Shown here piece by piece: positions 9,224 to 19,115 of a DNA stretch of 46,188 bases. A program made the position numbers and the translations under genes. Where the stretch lies: positions 1 through 46,188 of the forward strand of contig DATMBG010000027.1 of the NCBI GenBank assembly GCA_035559535.1, read 5' to 3'. The notes beneath the pieces were generated by a model. The model saw nothing but the letters and a program-made list of their open reading frames with translations, searched no databases and had not been told where the DNA came from. Position 1 is the stretch's first letter, and every line of letters begins with the position of its first letter. The stretch is from Candidatus Limnocylindrales bacterium. Its GTDB lineage: Bacteria > Moduliflexota > Moduliflexia > Moduliflexales > JAUQPW01.

Positions 9224-10108
9224 ATGTCCGGACTTCCACAGGCCAACGGCCAGCGTTACCATTTTGATATCTATGCAATCCTGGAAGGTTCCCAGGAGCT
9301 TTACTTCGGCCATGAAGTCATGATCAACGTGAACATGGTCGAAACCGTGAGACTCGTACTCCCAAACGGTGAGGGAATTGAAAAATGTTATCTATCCCCC
9401 ACCAAACGGCGGGGAATCGAACGGCGCTGCCTGCTTTGGGCCCCCTGTTCAAACGGGAAGATGCTGGGAGAGAAGTTAGATTGTCATATTCCCAAAACCT
9501 GCACGAAACCCGAATGCCCTGTTTGTGCCGTCTATGGCGGCTTAATAACCGGCAAACAAACCCTTATCGGTAGACTCACCCATGGTGGTGGTGTGGCCAT
9601 CCAGCCACTTCTTCCTGAGGAAAAGCAGCGAGCCATGCATCCTTCAGCCATTCTAAATGACCCCAACACCAATTCGCCAACGCCTTTCAAGCGCCAGTAT
9701 AACGAACCCGGTTTGTTATACCCGGTCTATAACCACTGTCTCAGTGTAACCGAGGACGAGTTTCAAGCCGTTGCCTATGCGTTCCTCGACAGCCTAGCAC
9801 GAATTGGCTCCGGTAACCCAAAAGGGGCCTCTCTCTATGAGGTGGATAATGCACCACTCCTTGTTGTAGATAAGTATCTGGTACCCCATGGGGCGCGTCC
9901 GGTTATCTCTCCTGGCGAAACCTCGGTAGAACGGGCTTTACAGATCTTTCAAGATAAAGCCAGAAGGGTTAATGGGGGTACAGGAAATGGGGAGCATATA
10001 ACCGTAAATAACGGCAACTTCGAGCGATGGATAGGATGGTCGGCGCATCAGAAACTCCAGAAATGGGCCGATACGTTCGTCAATCGCGTGTTAAAGGCTA
10101 ACGATTAA
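9224..10108 (+). CDS. cas7: Cas7-like backbone protein (Csc2-like)
   Basis: SD AAGGAGG; LSPTKRRGIERR followed by CHIPKTCTKPECPVCAVYG Cys cluster, and C-terminal RIGSGNPKG loop. Confidence 0.72.
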   Translation: MSGLPQANGQRYHFDIYAILEGSQELYFGHEVMINVNMVETVRLVLPNGEGIEKCYLSPTKRRGIERRCLLWAPCSNGKMLGEKLDCHIPKTCTKPECPVCAVYGGLITGKQTLIGRLTHGGGVAIQPLLPEEKQRAMHPSAILNDPNTNSPTPFKRQYNEPGLLYPVYNHCLSVTEDEFQAVAYAFLDSLARIGSGNPKGASLYEVDNAPLLVVDKYLVPHGARPVISPGETSVERALQIFQDKARRVNGGTGNGEHITVNNGNFERWIGWSAHQKLQKWADTFVNRVLKAND

Positions 10109-10115
10109 CGACGAA

Positions 10116-10143
10116 GTATGGGCGACTGGCCAGTCGCCCCTGC
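10116..10143. repeat. REP-like 28-bp palindrome between cas7 and cas5
   Basis: GTATGGGCGACTGGCCAGTCGCCCCTGC. Confidence 0.75.
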
Positions 10144-10226
10144 TATCCGCCGAGCCAAATCGTGGTCCTGTACCCAGGACCAGGGGGGTTGAAATAATAA
10201 ATATAATTAACATAGCCATAACAGAA

Positions 10227-11102
10227 ATGTATTTGATGATATTTACTATCAGACCAACAGCCGGATTGACCTTTCGGGTTTTGCCAGGCTCGATCCTCGA
10301 TATCACGACCTATTCCTTTGTGCCGCCGACCACGCTTTCCGGATTTTTGCGTCGTCTGGCCATGATGCACGCAGGATTTGACTTCCCAAACACGGGACCC
10401 AACGATCAAGATACCCCGTTCTATGTGTTACCCCGTGAATTGATACCCCTGGGTGCCTATCCTGTCGGGGCCTGCTCCCGACCTGCTCACCGTACCTACC
10501 GAAAGGGTCCCCGTGATTTGGGTCATAGAGCTTTTTCTGATATGTATCGGGGTAAAGCAAGTGGACGTGAGAACATCCAATTACATACCTGGGAGTACTT
10601 GCTGACAGACGAACTCACAGGTTATGTGGTTTCCGAAAACGAAAAAGAACTTGCCCGGATGACTGGAATAGTCGGTTATGGTTCGAAGATGGGAAAAGAG
10701 GGATATGCTTTTGTTGAAAGGGTCTCTGGTCCGCTTCCACTTCAACGCACCGAACTGAAAGCCGTGCCTTCAACCCTTATTCCAGCTGATGACTTATTTG
10801 AGAAAAATCCCAGGGTCCCGGCGGATATATTCACCCTTTACAGTTTCGTCTGGCTCGAAACGGAAGAAGATCGGACTGAGTCGCAAAAAAAGCAAAGACG
10901 TGGGAAATCCACATCACTCCCGAAAATATACTCAACCAGTGCCTTTGACGAACATCCCAGTCCTGTTGTGAAATATAAACCCTTCCCTGCCGCCAGGGTC
11001 GATGGTCAAACCGGCGTGATGCTGGATTACCTGCACTACGAGGAGATTTTCATCCCAGTCTCGTTGATTGAAACCCTTCGAGGAGAAATAGTTTATGAAT
11101 AA
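10227..11102 (+). CDS. cas5: Cas5-family RAMP
   Basis: TTYSFVPPTTLSGFL signature, WEYLL and Gly loop GYGSKMGKEG. Confidence 0.78.
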   Translation: MYLMIFTIRPTAGLTFRVLPGSILDITTYSFVPPTTLSGFLRRLAMMHAGFDFPNTGPNDQDTPFYVLPRELIPLGAYPVGACSRPAHRTYRKGPRDLGHRAFSDMYRGKASGRENIQLHTWEYLLTDELTGYVVSENEKELARMTGIVGYGSKMGKEGYAFVERVSGPLPLQRTELKAVPSTLIPADDLFEKNPRVPADIFTLYSFVWLETEEDRTESQKKQRRGKSTSLPKIYSTSAFDEHPSPVVKYKPFPAARVDGQTGVMLDYLHYEEIFIPVSLIETLRGEIVYE

Positions 11103-13833
11103 CGTAATTGATATAGCCAGAGTCTTCTTTCATTATGAGAAAGAGGGAGACCCTCGCCTGCCCTCGAAGATCCTGTTACAACGACTGGAGAATCACACCG
11201 ACAATGTGGCTAAACTGGTTCAACTCTGGCAACGCGAGGCCTCCGACACCGATCTTGTACTTCACCCCGACACCGAACAAAAGGTCGTGGCCGCGGCCAG
11301 GCTCCATGATGTAGGAAAACCCCAACGGTTTACCCTACAGGCCAGGACACGTAAACAAAGGAAAAACGGCCGGGAAACGGAAATCTTTGAAGGGTATGAA
11401 TACTCCTTTCGGGGGCATCGGTTCCTTGCCGAGCACGAAGACCTTTACGTTCAGGAGCTCGCACAGGGCCATCACACCTATACGGTTCAAGATATTAATG
11501 AAGCCATAGTTCGGTTGCGGCAGAATGGTTATCCTACCAGTCGATTCGCCCGGGATCTTTACATCCTGGAAATGTGCGATCAGATCGAAGCGGAAATCGC
11601 CGTCCGCACGCTGGAGGGTGTTACAGAAGGTCGAACGTTCATGGAATTCACAGTTATCCCGGGGGACCCTTTAACCTACCATCTTGACCCCTACCCTTTT
11701 ATCCAGGAAGAGATTGACCTTACCCTGGAGTACTACGAACTGGTTTTATCCGAGGAACAAAAAGCAGAGCTACTAAACCTGAAGTTAGAAGAACCTGAAC
11801 GGATCGCTCAAGCCCTTGGAGAGTTCATCGTAAATTTCTTTAAAGAAATAAATCGTCCGGTTAAACAAACAATGATTCGCATAAAGCCTCTTATTCCTGA
11901 AATATCATCTCAGCCTGGTCGCTATGATTGTGAAACCTTTTACCTGGAAATCTGTGGTTTTACCCCCTACGAAATGCAACAGGTTCTTTTCAACCATCTG
12001 GCTACGGGCGAAGATGCTTTACTTTTGAGAGCCCCGACCGGATCTGGGAAGACCGAGGCCGTGCTGATTCCATCCCTGGCTTTGGGTAAGCGATTGATCC
12101 TCCCCCTTCCCACACGGAGTTTGATTGAGGATCATGAGCAGAGGATCCAGAAGTACCTTATGAAATTTTCAACCTTATCCCAAAACAAAGATCGTCCCAT
12201 AGCTTTGATCGTAGACACCGGTGAGACATCCCGTAGGTATGTGTTCCGGAATGGTGAAGCCGTTGAGTTCAGGTATGGTAGCCAGGTACTACCTTATGAA
12301 AAGCGCCATCTTTACAAGGCTGAGGTCATTTTAACGACCCTGGATAAGTTTCTTTATCGGTACTTCGGTTTTGGGGACGTCCATAAATCCTTCATTTATC
12401 CGCTTCGTATTCAGGATGGAGCCCGTACCCTCATCTGTTTCGATGAAGCCCATACGTATGACGGAGTATCCTTTATTAATTTCCGCCGGCTGGTTCGAGC
12501 GCTTTATGAGTCAGGGCAGGGTGTGGTGGTAATGACTGCAACCCTGCCAGAGGCCTACAAGAAGGAGATAGACTTCCTTAAAGAGCTCGATTATCTGGAG
12601 GTTTCAGAACCTCCGAAACGCAAACTCACCGTGGTGGAATCCAAACACAATGATCTATCAGACGCCCTGGTCGAACAAACCGAAAGGCTGTGGAGGCAGG
12701 GAATTCATAGAATCATCGTTGTGGCCGAGAGCGTCGGTTTTCAGGCCGAGATTCAAGACAGTCGGCGGCGAGCCCTTCGGGACGGAGTTTTCAACGTCTA
12801 TGAGAAACTAAAGGGGTTAGTGGTCCAAGAAAAACTACCGGACCTCATGGCCCGTAAGAACCTTCTGCTTTATCATGGAAGGATGGATGGTATCGAGCGG
12901 GCCCGGGTTTATGAGAAGCTCAAGAAGCTGGATGGGAACAAAGACGGCCGATACCTCCTTGTAACCACCAGTGCCATCGAAGTGGGTTGTGATCTGAATG
13001 CCCAGGCCTTGGTAACCGAGATTTGCAACCCCGAGCAGCTTATTCAACGGGTGGGTCGTTGCAATCGAAGGGCTGACTTTGAGGATGCTGAGGTTGTCGT
13101 GGTACTGCCGAAGGAGCTGTATTCTGACAGGGGTTGGATAAAACCCTACGTGCGTTCCCTGAGTATCGAAGAAGAAGCCTGTTATATAGAGTATTTGAAG
13201 CAGGTAAGTGGAAACCTGCTCGATCTTAAAACTTTAAGGGAAAAGATAGCCAGGCGTCCGGCCATAGACTATCGCGTAGAGACCCTCTTCGAGCTGCTGG
13301 CCGAGTATGTCTACGAAGCCCGTCTTGAAAACAAGCCCATCCACGATCGCGGGTTTGTCGTGACACGGAGTTGGGAGCCTACGCTGACCTTTGAGATTCC
13401 GTTTGATGGGGAAAAGCGTTATGTTTCGGTTCCCTTTAGTTTATGTGTTTGTTCCAAGGATGAGCAACCGGAACCGGCCGCGCTGATACAGGAAGTAGTT
13501 TACTCCCACGATACCAATCGGGAATTCAGGAAGAAACTCTCCGGGGGACCGGTTTATGGAAAGCAGGTTATCGTTACAATAACGGAAGGATTCGCTCAAA
13601 GCAATTTCAAATATGACCCTGAGTATGGTTTGGTAGATGTGCCAAAGGTCTTCACCTGTTGGCGCACTGATTATAAGGTACTTATGCAGGTGGCAGGTGA
13701 TGGGGCTTACAAACCTGTTATCTGGTATTTCCGGGATCTTCCCGATAACGGCTATTTTACCGGCTATCTCGAAGGAATGGTAACCGAGGAAGAGGTAGTC
13801 GAAGAAGAAACCGAGGAGGAGGAAAGGGAATGA
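11095..13833 (+). CDS. cas3: Cas3 HD nuclease plus SF2 helicase
   Basis: HD motifs LENH, LHDVGK, GHR, GHH, CDQ; helicase motifs APTGSGKT, DEAH, TAT, YHGRM, IEVGCD, QRVGRCNR. Confidence 0.92.
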   Translation: MNNVIDIARVFFHYEKEGDPRLPSKILLQRLENHTDNVAKLVQLWQREASDTDLVLHPDTEQKVVAAARLHDVGKPQRFTLQARTRKQRKNGRETEIFEGYEYSFRGHRFLAEHEDLYVQELAQGHHTYTVQDINEAIVRLRQNGYPTSRFARDLYILEMCDQIEAEIAVRTLEGVTEGRTFMEFTVIPGDPLTYHLDPYPFIQEEIDLTLEYYELVLSEEQKAELLNLKLEEPERIAQALGEFIVNFFKEINRPVKQTMIRIKPLIPEISSQPGRYDCETFYLEICGFTPYEMQQVLFNHLATGEDALLLRAPTGSGKTEAVLIPSLALGKRLILPLPTRSLIEDHEQRIQKYLMKFSTLSQNKDRPIALIVDTGETSRRYVFRNGEAVEFRYGSQVLPYEKRHLYKAEVILTTLDKFLYRYFGFGDVHKSFIYPLRIQDGARTLICFDEAHTYDGVSFINFRRLVRALYESGQGVVVMTATLPEAYKKEIDFLKELDYLEVSEPPKRKLTVVESKHNDLSDALVEQTERLWRQGIHRIIVVAESVGFQAEIQDSRRRALRDGVFNVYEKLKGLVVQEKLPDLMARKNLLLYHGRMDGIERARVYEKLKKLDGNKDGRYLLVTTSAIEVGCDLNAQALVTEICNPEQLIQRVGRCNRRADFEDAEVVVVLPKELYSDRGWIKPYVRSLSIEEEACYIEYLKQVSGNLLDLKTLREKIARRPAIDYRVETLFELLAEYVYEARLENKPIHDRGFVVTRSWEPTLTFEIPFDGEKRYVSVPFSLCVCSKDEQPEPAALIQEVVYSHDTNREFRKKLSGGPVYGKQVIVTITEGFAQSNFKYDPEYGLVDVPKVFTCWRTDYKVLMQVAGDGAYKPVIWYFRDLPDNGYFTGYLEGMVTEEEVVEEETEEEERE

Positions 13834-15086
13834 ATTCCCAGGCCTTACAATCTGCAAAGACCGGGCATTTGTTCCTTCTGGTCGGGGGTAACCCCCTGCC
13901 CAACGCGGTGGCAGGTAAGCTGCTTACCGCGCCAGGCGGAACGATTACCCTTATCCACTCAGGAGGTGCTGCGGGCACAGCCAAAGTCGCGCAAAGGCTA
14001 TGCAAGTGGTTGAAGGAACAAGGAGTTACCCAGTCTGTGGAGTTAAAGGAAGTCGGAGAATCCGACCCGACTTCCATTGTGGCTGGAGCACAGGAACGCC
14101 TCAAAGCCATCAAGGCTCAACGGGTAGGTCTCAACTATACAGGGGGTACAAAGGCCATAGCGGTGCATGCCTATCGCGCAGTGGAGCAGTGGACCAAAGA
14201 AAAAGGCATCACGCCGGTGTTCAGTTACCTGGATGCCCGCACCTTGCAGATGGTATTTGATCCCGCTGCCGGTGGTAACGAACAAAGGAAAAGGATCTAT
14301 ATCGGGCGAGCGTTGGAATTAAAGCTGACCGATTTGCTGGCCCTCCATGGGTGGACGCTTAAGCACGAGCCAACAGAGATCCCGCTGTTTCCTGCTACGG
14401 CTCATGCTTTGGCAAGAGTATGTGCGAACGACGGGGGATTCAAAGACTGGAAGCAGTGGATTGAGGAAGAATTTCGCCCCAAGTGCCGACGCCCGGATAA
14501 AGAGGATTGGAAAAACAAGACTCAATTGCAAGCTGTTTCTTTGATCCTGCCCACAAGCAGCTCTCTGAGCGAAGTTGTTCAATCGCTGCGCGCCGAGCTC
14601 AAAGTACCTCAAGGTGACCTGGGACTCGCCCATGGCGCTTTTGGAAACGAGCCAAAGCGGTTTTGTGAGTGGCTCTACGGTAAGTGGCTGGAACATTATG
14701 TTCTGGACATACTGAATCAGTTAGCAACTCAGCTCTGTCTGCACGAATGCGCACAGAATATCGTGCCTAATGAAGTAGAGTTTGACGTGGACGTGATGGC
14801 ACTGCGAGGTTATCAACTCTTTGCCTTCTCCTGTTCAACAGAAAGTAAGAAGAATTCGCTTAAATTGAAACTCTTCGAGGCCTACATACGCGCGCGACAA
14901 TTGGGCGGCGATGAAGCCCGTGTTGCGTTGGTCTGTTGCAGTGATGACCCGGATGGGTTGGAACACGAAATGCGACGCGATGTTGACCCTGAAGGACGCA
15001 TCCGTGTCTTTGGACGTAAGCACCTGCGTGATTTGACCGAACATATCAAGACCTGGATTCAGTCCCAAAGCGGAGAGGAGGGATAG
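13830..15086 (+). CDS. CARF-domain nuclease effector (DUF1887/Card1/Can2-like)
   Basis: CARF motifs LLVGGNPLPN and LNYTGGTK; restriction-like C-terminus WLEHYV...EFDVDV...FSC; directly upstream of cas10. Confidence 0.85.
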   Translation: MNSQALQSAKTGHLFLLVGGNPLPNAVAGKLLTAPGGTITLIHSGGAAGTAKVAQRLCKWLKEQGVTQSVELKEVGESDPTSIVAGAQERLKAIKAQRVGLNYTGGTKAIAVHAYRAVEQWTKEKGITPVFSYLDARTLQMVFDPAAGGNEQRKRIYIGRALELKLTDLLALHGWTLKHEPTEIPLFPATAHALARVCANDGGFKDWKQWIEEEFRPKCRRPDKEDWKNKTQLQAVSLILPTSSSLSEVVQSLRAELKVPQGDLGLAHGAFGNEPKRFCEWLYGKWLEHYVLDILNQLATQLCLHECAQNIVPNEVEFDVDVMALRGYQLFAFSCSTESKKNSLKLKLFEAYIRARQLGGDEARVALVCCSDDPDGLEHEMRRDVDPEGRIRVFGRKHLRDLTEHIKTWIQSQSGEEG

Positions 15087-15090
15087 ACCC

Positions 15091-16764
15091 ATGTATCTGG
15101 TTATTGTAGATACCGCACAGATTCAACCCTACATCTTCGGAAGCAACCGGCTCCGGGAGAACATCGGAGCGTCCTATCTCGTTGCGCAGGCAACCGGGAA
15201 TTGGGCTAAAGAGGCCATACGGCAGGTTGCCCCAAGGAACAACATCAAAGTAGACGGAGAGTTAGATACTCAGAGATGCATAGAAAATCCGACCGACAAA
15301 CTGGATGCCGAGGTCTTTTATACGGGGGGAGGTAACTTTGTGGCGCTTTTTCAGACCCCCGAGGGAGCCAGAAATTTCACCCGTGTGCTATCACGGAAAG
15401 TATTGACCGAAGCCCCGAATCTGCAACTGGTTATTACCCAGGAGTTGTTGAATTGGAATGGGAGCGAGTCCCTTTCCGAAAAAATCAAGGCCGCCTTCAA
15501 GAAACTGGCGGCGGAGAAACGCGCCCGCACCTTGTCTGCTCCACTGCTGGGGCTGGGTGTGACGGTCATGTGCCGTTCCACAGGATTACCTGCTGTAGGT
15601 ATGGCACCGGCAATTGGCGATGACCCGGAGCGTCCGGCTTCTGCTGAGATCTTTGCCAGGCTTCGGGCTGTTGAGCAGGCTGACCAGCGGTTACGAACTC
15701 TGCTTCTACCTCCCGCCAACTACGATTATCCCAACCGGGCCGATCACCTGGGCGGCACCAAAGGTGAACACAATTTCATCGCCGTCGTCCATGCCGACGG
15801 AAACGGTCTGGGACAGCGTATCATGGACATCGGTAAAACTTACCCGAACCCGTCCCAGAACCGCGATTATATCAATGCCCTGCGTTCGTTTTCGGAGGCT
15901 GTTAACCGTGCCGCAACAGCCGCGCTCTGCGAAACCCTGGAGAAGTTATCGGCGAGGATTCAAGACGACAAAGGCAAAAAAGTTATCATCCATAAAAACG
16001 CGAGCGGTCAAGAACTGGTAAAGATCGAGCTTAAATCTCAAGGCGGTAACTGGCTGTTGCCCTTCCGTCCCCTTGTCTTTGGGGGAGATGATGTAACCTT
16101 CGTCAGCGAGGGTCGGTTAGGGTTATCTTTAGCCATCGAGTACCTGCAACAGCTTGAAAAGCATACTACCCATCTACCCGACGGAAAAGGTCGACTGACG
16201 GCCTGTGCCGGGATTGCCATTGTGAAAGCCCATTACCCCTTCGCGCGGGCGTACGCGCTGGCCGATGAGCTGTGCAAGAAGGCGAAAAAATACCGAAAAG
16301 AGATCCGAAACCTTCATCATGATTGGGATGATGGGTGCTTAGACTGGCACTTTGCATTAAGTGGATTATCCGGGGGGATTGAGGTTATTCGCGAACGTGA
16401 GTACAAAGTTAACGCCGGCTGGCTTACGCTCCGGCCTGTGACTTTGAACGCAAACCCGAAGGAATCAGGACGCTCATGGAGCGTGGTCAGAAAGGGAATC
16501 GAAGCATTCCAGGATTTACCGCCATCTACACAACCCGGCCAGGAACCTAAATGGTCCACACGGCGTAACAAACTCAAAGCCCTGCGCGATGCCCTGAGAG
16601 AAGGTCCTGATTCCATCAAGAACTTCCTCACGAAGTTTAATGAAGGGAGGCCCCTTCCCGATGTGGACCCCTCGTTGGTTGACTGGAAGAATGCCGGTTG
16701 GCAGGGCGGTTACTGTGGCCACTTCGACGCCCTCGAGCTGGCGGACTGGTTCATCCCCCTGTAA
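15091..16764 (+). CDS. cas10: Type III-D Cas10 (no HD domain, intact Palm GGDD)
   Basis: IQPYIFGSNRLRENIGAS, GGGNF, VHADGNGLG, FGGDD, CAGIAIVKAHYPF. Confidence 0.93.
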   Translation: MYLVIVDTAQIQPYIFGSNRLRENIGASYLVAQATGNWAKEAIRQVAPRNNIKVDGELDTQRCIENPTDKLDAEVFYTGGGNFVALFQTPEGARNFTRVLSRKVLTEAPNLQLVITQELLNWNGSESLSEKIKAAFKKLAAEKRARTLSAPLLGLGVTVMCRSTGLPAVGMAPAIGDDPERPASAEIFARLRAVEQADQRLRTLLLPPANYDYPNRADHLGGTKGEHNFIAVVHADGNGLGQRIMDIGKTYPNPSQNRDYINALRSFSEAVNRAATAALCETLEKLSARIQDDKGKKVIIHKNASGQELVKIELKSQGGNWLLPFRPLVFGGDDVTFVSEGRLGLSLAIEYLQQLEKHTTHLPDGKGRLTACAGIAIVKAHYPFARAYALADELCKKAKKYRKEIRNLHHDWDDGCLDWHFALSGLSGGIEVIREREYKVNAGWLTLRPVTLNANPKESGRSWSVVRKGIEAFQDLPPSTQPGQEPKWSTRRNKLKALRDALREGPDSIKNFLTKFNEGRPLPDVDPSLVDWKNAGWQGGYCGHFDALELADWFIPL

Positions 16765-16776
16765 GGAGGTAGACCC

Positions 16777-17463
16777 ATGAGACTGGAAATTCATTTGAAA
16801 CTTAAAAGCGACGCAACCTTCGGGCGCGGGGATGGCGTGGCCGGACTGGTGGATGAGGAGGTGGAATACGATGTGGAGACCGGTTTGCCGTTCCTGCGCG
16901 GGCGTACGTTGAAAGGCCTATTAGCCGAAGAATGCGCCAACATTCTGTTTGCCCTGAATCGACAAAATTCCCCGGCATATGCCCGGTTTGAACAGGCGGC
17001 GAAGTTTCTCTTCGGGCAGGGGGGGAGTACCCTGGAAGACGATGCTTTGATGCACGTCGGCGCCGCCTTGTTGCCCCAAGAGCTGCGGGATGCCATCGAA
17101 GCAGATGTGAAGTCAGACCCGCCTCGTCTGAAGCCCGCCGAGGTTTTAGAGTCACTGACCGCCATTCGGCGTCAGACCGCCGTTGATGAAAAAACAGGCG
17201 CACCCGAGGAAGGAAGCCTGCGGTCAATGCGGGTTGTGCTGCGCGACACGCCGTTTATCGCGCGACTGGATTTTGATAGGGATCCCGATGACGTGACAAA
17301 GGCGTTACTTGCAGCCTGTGTCCTGTCTTTGCGGCGCGCGGGTACAGGGCGCAATCGTGGTCGCGGACGGCTGACTGCGCGGTTAAGGGATGAGCATGGT
17401 CACGACATCACGGATCATTGCTTTCAGGACTTTCAGCAACTCGTGAAAGGAGCGTCATCATGA
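16777..17463 (+). CDS. csm3: Type III-D Cas7/Csm3-like RAMP
   Basis: GLPFLRGRTLKGLL, RRQTAVD and G-loop AGTGRNRGRGR. Confidence 0.88.
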   Translation: MRLEIHLKLKSDATFGRGDGVAGLVDEEVEYDVETGLPFLRGRTLKGLLAEECANILFALNRQNSPAYARFEQAAKFLFGQGGSTLEDDALMHVGAALLPQELRDAIEADVKSDPPRLKPAEVLESLTAIRRQTAVDEKTGAPEEGSLRSMRVVLRDTPFIARLDFDRDPDDVTKALLAACVLSLRRAGTGRNRGRGRLTARLRDEHGHDITDHCFQDFQQLVKGASS

Positions 17464-19115
17464 GAGTGATCACTTATCGTATAACCTTGCTGGAACCGAC
17501 CCTGGTCACGGCTCTGGAAGGCGATCCCAACGAAGCCGTAGCTTTTGATTATTTACCCGGCAGTGTCCTGCGGGGTGCGGTTATCAAACGATATCTCCGT
17601 GCAAGGAACTTAACCCAATTAGACGCCGTCGACACGGACGCACGGCGATTGTTCTTTGATGGAACCACCCGCTATCTCAACGGGTATCCGCTGGATCGCC
17701 TGGGCAGGCGTACTCTGCCTACTCCCCAGTCCTGGCAGCGCGAGAAGGGCAACGAAATGGATGTTTTCGACTTTGCCGTGGAGATGCGTGATGAGGACGA
17801 AAAGCAATGGCAGGGGGTCGACAAACCATTTTGCGCGTTGAGTAATGAAGGGGGACAAAAGGTTCATCTTGTCCAGCCGGACCGTCACATTACCGTCCAT
17901 ACCGCACGTACCCGCCGGTTCGGACGGGCGATGCCTGCTCACAAAATCGATCCCTCGAAGGATGATACCCAAGGAGCCGTCTACCGGTATGATGCCCTGG
18001 CTCCGAAACAGACCTTTGAAGCCGCAATTCTTTGTAATGATAGCGATGTAACCCCTCTCAAGTTGTGGCTCATGGGCGATGCCATACTGGGAGGCTCCCG
18101 TAGCGGAGGTTATGGGTTATCAAGGTTTGAGGTTTTAAAGGATGAAGCATTGGATACCTGGCGTGAGGCAAACAGTACGTTCATCCCAGATGTAGACGGT
18201 AAGCTGATCATCACCCTATTGAGCGATGCCTTGCTGCGGGATCACAATGGTCAGTTTGTCGTTGATCCACAGGTAGTCACACGGACGCTGTCAGAACGGA
18301 TGGGGATTTCTTTATCGCCTTACAAACATGCCGGCGAGGCGGCTCCTTCCAGATGGGCTTATCTTCGCGGAGAAACCGTTGGTGGTTTTAACCGCAAGTG
18401 GGGCTTGCCGTTACCACAGGCACTTGCGGTGAAAATGGGAAGTGTGTTCGTTTACGAAAAACCCCATATGGACGACCGGGAGTTAAAGGAGAGGTTACAG
18501 AAACTGGAGGTGGAGGGCATAGGTGAGCGTCGTGCCGAGGGCTTTGGACGGGTGGCCGTCAACTGGCAGATGGAAGCGGAGTTAAAGGTCGATCCCATCA
18601 GGCCAAGGCCAACCATCCAGGCCACCCCGATTTCGCCGGGATCGGATAGCGAGATACTGCTGAAACGCATGGCGGAACGGATGTTGCGTCAGCGGTTGGA
18701 CGAACGATTAATTACCAGGGTGAACACCCTTCATATCGATAAGGCACCCCACAATTCCCAACTATCGCGGTTACGCAACATCCTTCACGACGAGTTGAGG
18801 AAAGAACAGCCCAATCCGCAGCGTGTGCGTGATTTCCTTAAACAGGTTAAGGATCGCAATACTGCACGCAAGCAATTTGAGCGTGCACGGATTGACAGCA
18901 CGCCGTTGTTGGAATGGTTGGAGAACACCCTTCAGAAAACAGAAGAAAATGCCTGGAAGGCCATACTGGGTTTTCAGCCAGGAGATACACGCAAAGTGGG
19001 TGGCCTGACAGCGGCTCTAACCGATACGTTACGTATCGAATATGTTCTACGTTTCATGGATGCCGTGCTGGCTCGTGCTATAAAAAATCGGCAAAAGGAG
19101 GAAAAACAGCCATGA
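17460..19115 (+). CDS. csx10: Csx10 (Cas5-group) RAMP with a fused C-terminal Cas11/Csm2-like domain
   Basis: DYLPGSVLRG, LGGSRSGGYG, VGGFNRKWGLP, GIGERRAEGFG, then helical NSQLSRLR domain; start ATG 17460 overlaps the upstream stop (ATGA). Confidence 0.85.
   Translation: MRVITYRITLLEPTLVTALEGDPNEAVAFDYLPGSVLRGAVIKRYLRARNLTQLDAVDTDARRLFFDGTTRYLNGYPLDRLGRRTLPTPQSWQREKGNEMDVFDFAVEMRDEDEKQWQGVDKPFCALSNEGGQKVHLVQPDRHITVHTARTRRFGRAMPAHKIDPSKDDTQGAVYRYDALAPKQTFEAAILCNDSDVTPLKLWLMGDAILGGSRSGGYGLSRFEVLKDEALDTWREANSTFIPDVDGKLIITLLSDALLRDHNGQFVVDPQVVTRTLSERMGISLSPYKHAGEAAPSRWAYLRGETVGGFNRKWGLPLPQALAVKMGSVFVYEKPHMDDRELKERLQKLEVEGIGERRAEGFGRVAVNWQMEAELKVDPIRPRPTIQATPISPGSDSEILLKRMAERMLRQRLDERLITRVNTLHIDKAPHNSQLSRLRNILHDELRKEQPNPQRVRDFLKQVKDRNTARKQFERARIDSTPLLEWLENTLQKTEENAWKAILGFQPGDTRKVGGLTAALTDTLRIEYVLRFMDAVLARAIKNRQKEEKQP

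Noticed and set aside
17418-19111. ORF-track starts at 17418 and 18914
   Set aside because: They overlap upstream genes extensively; ATGA-coupled starts at 17460 and 19112 have SD sequences and fit RAMP N-termini
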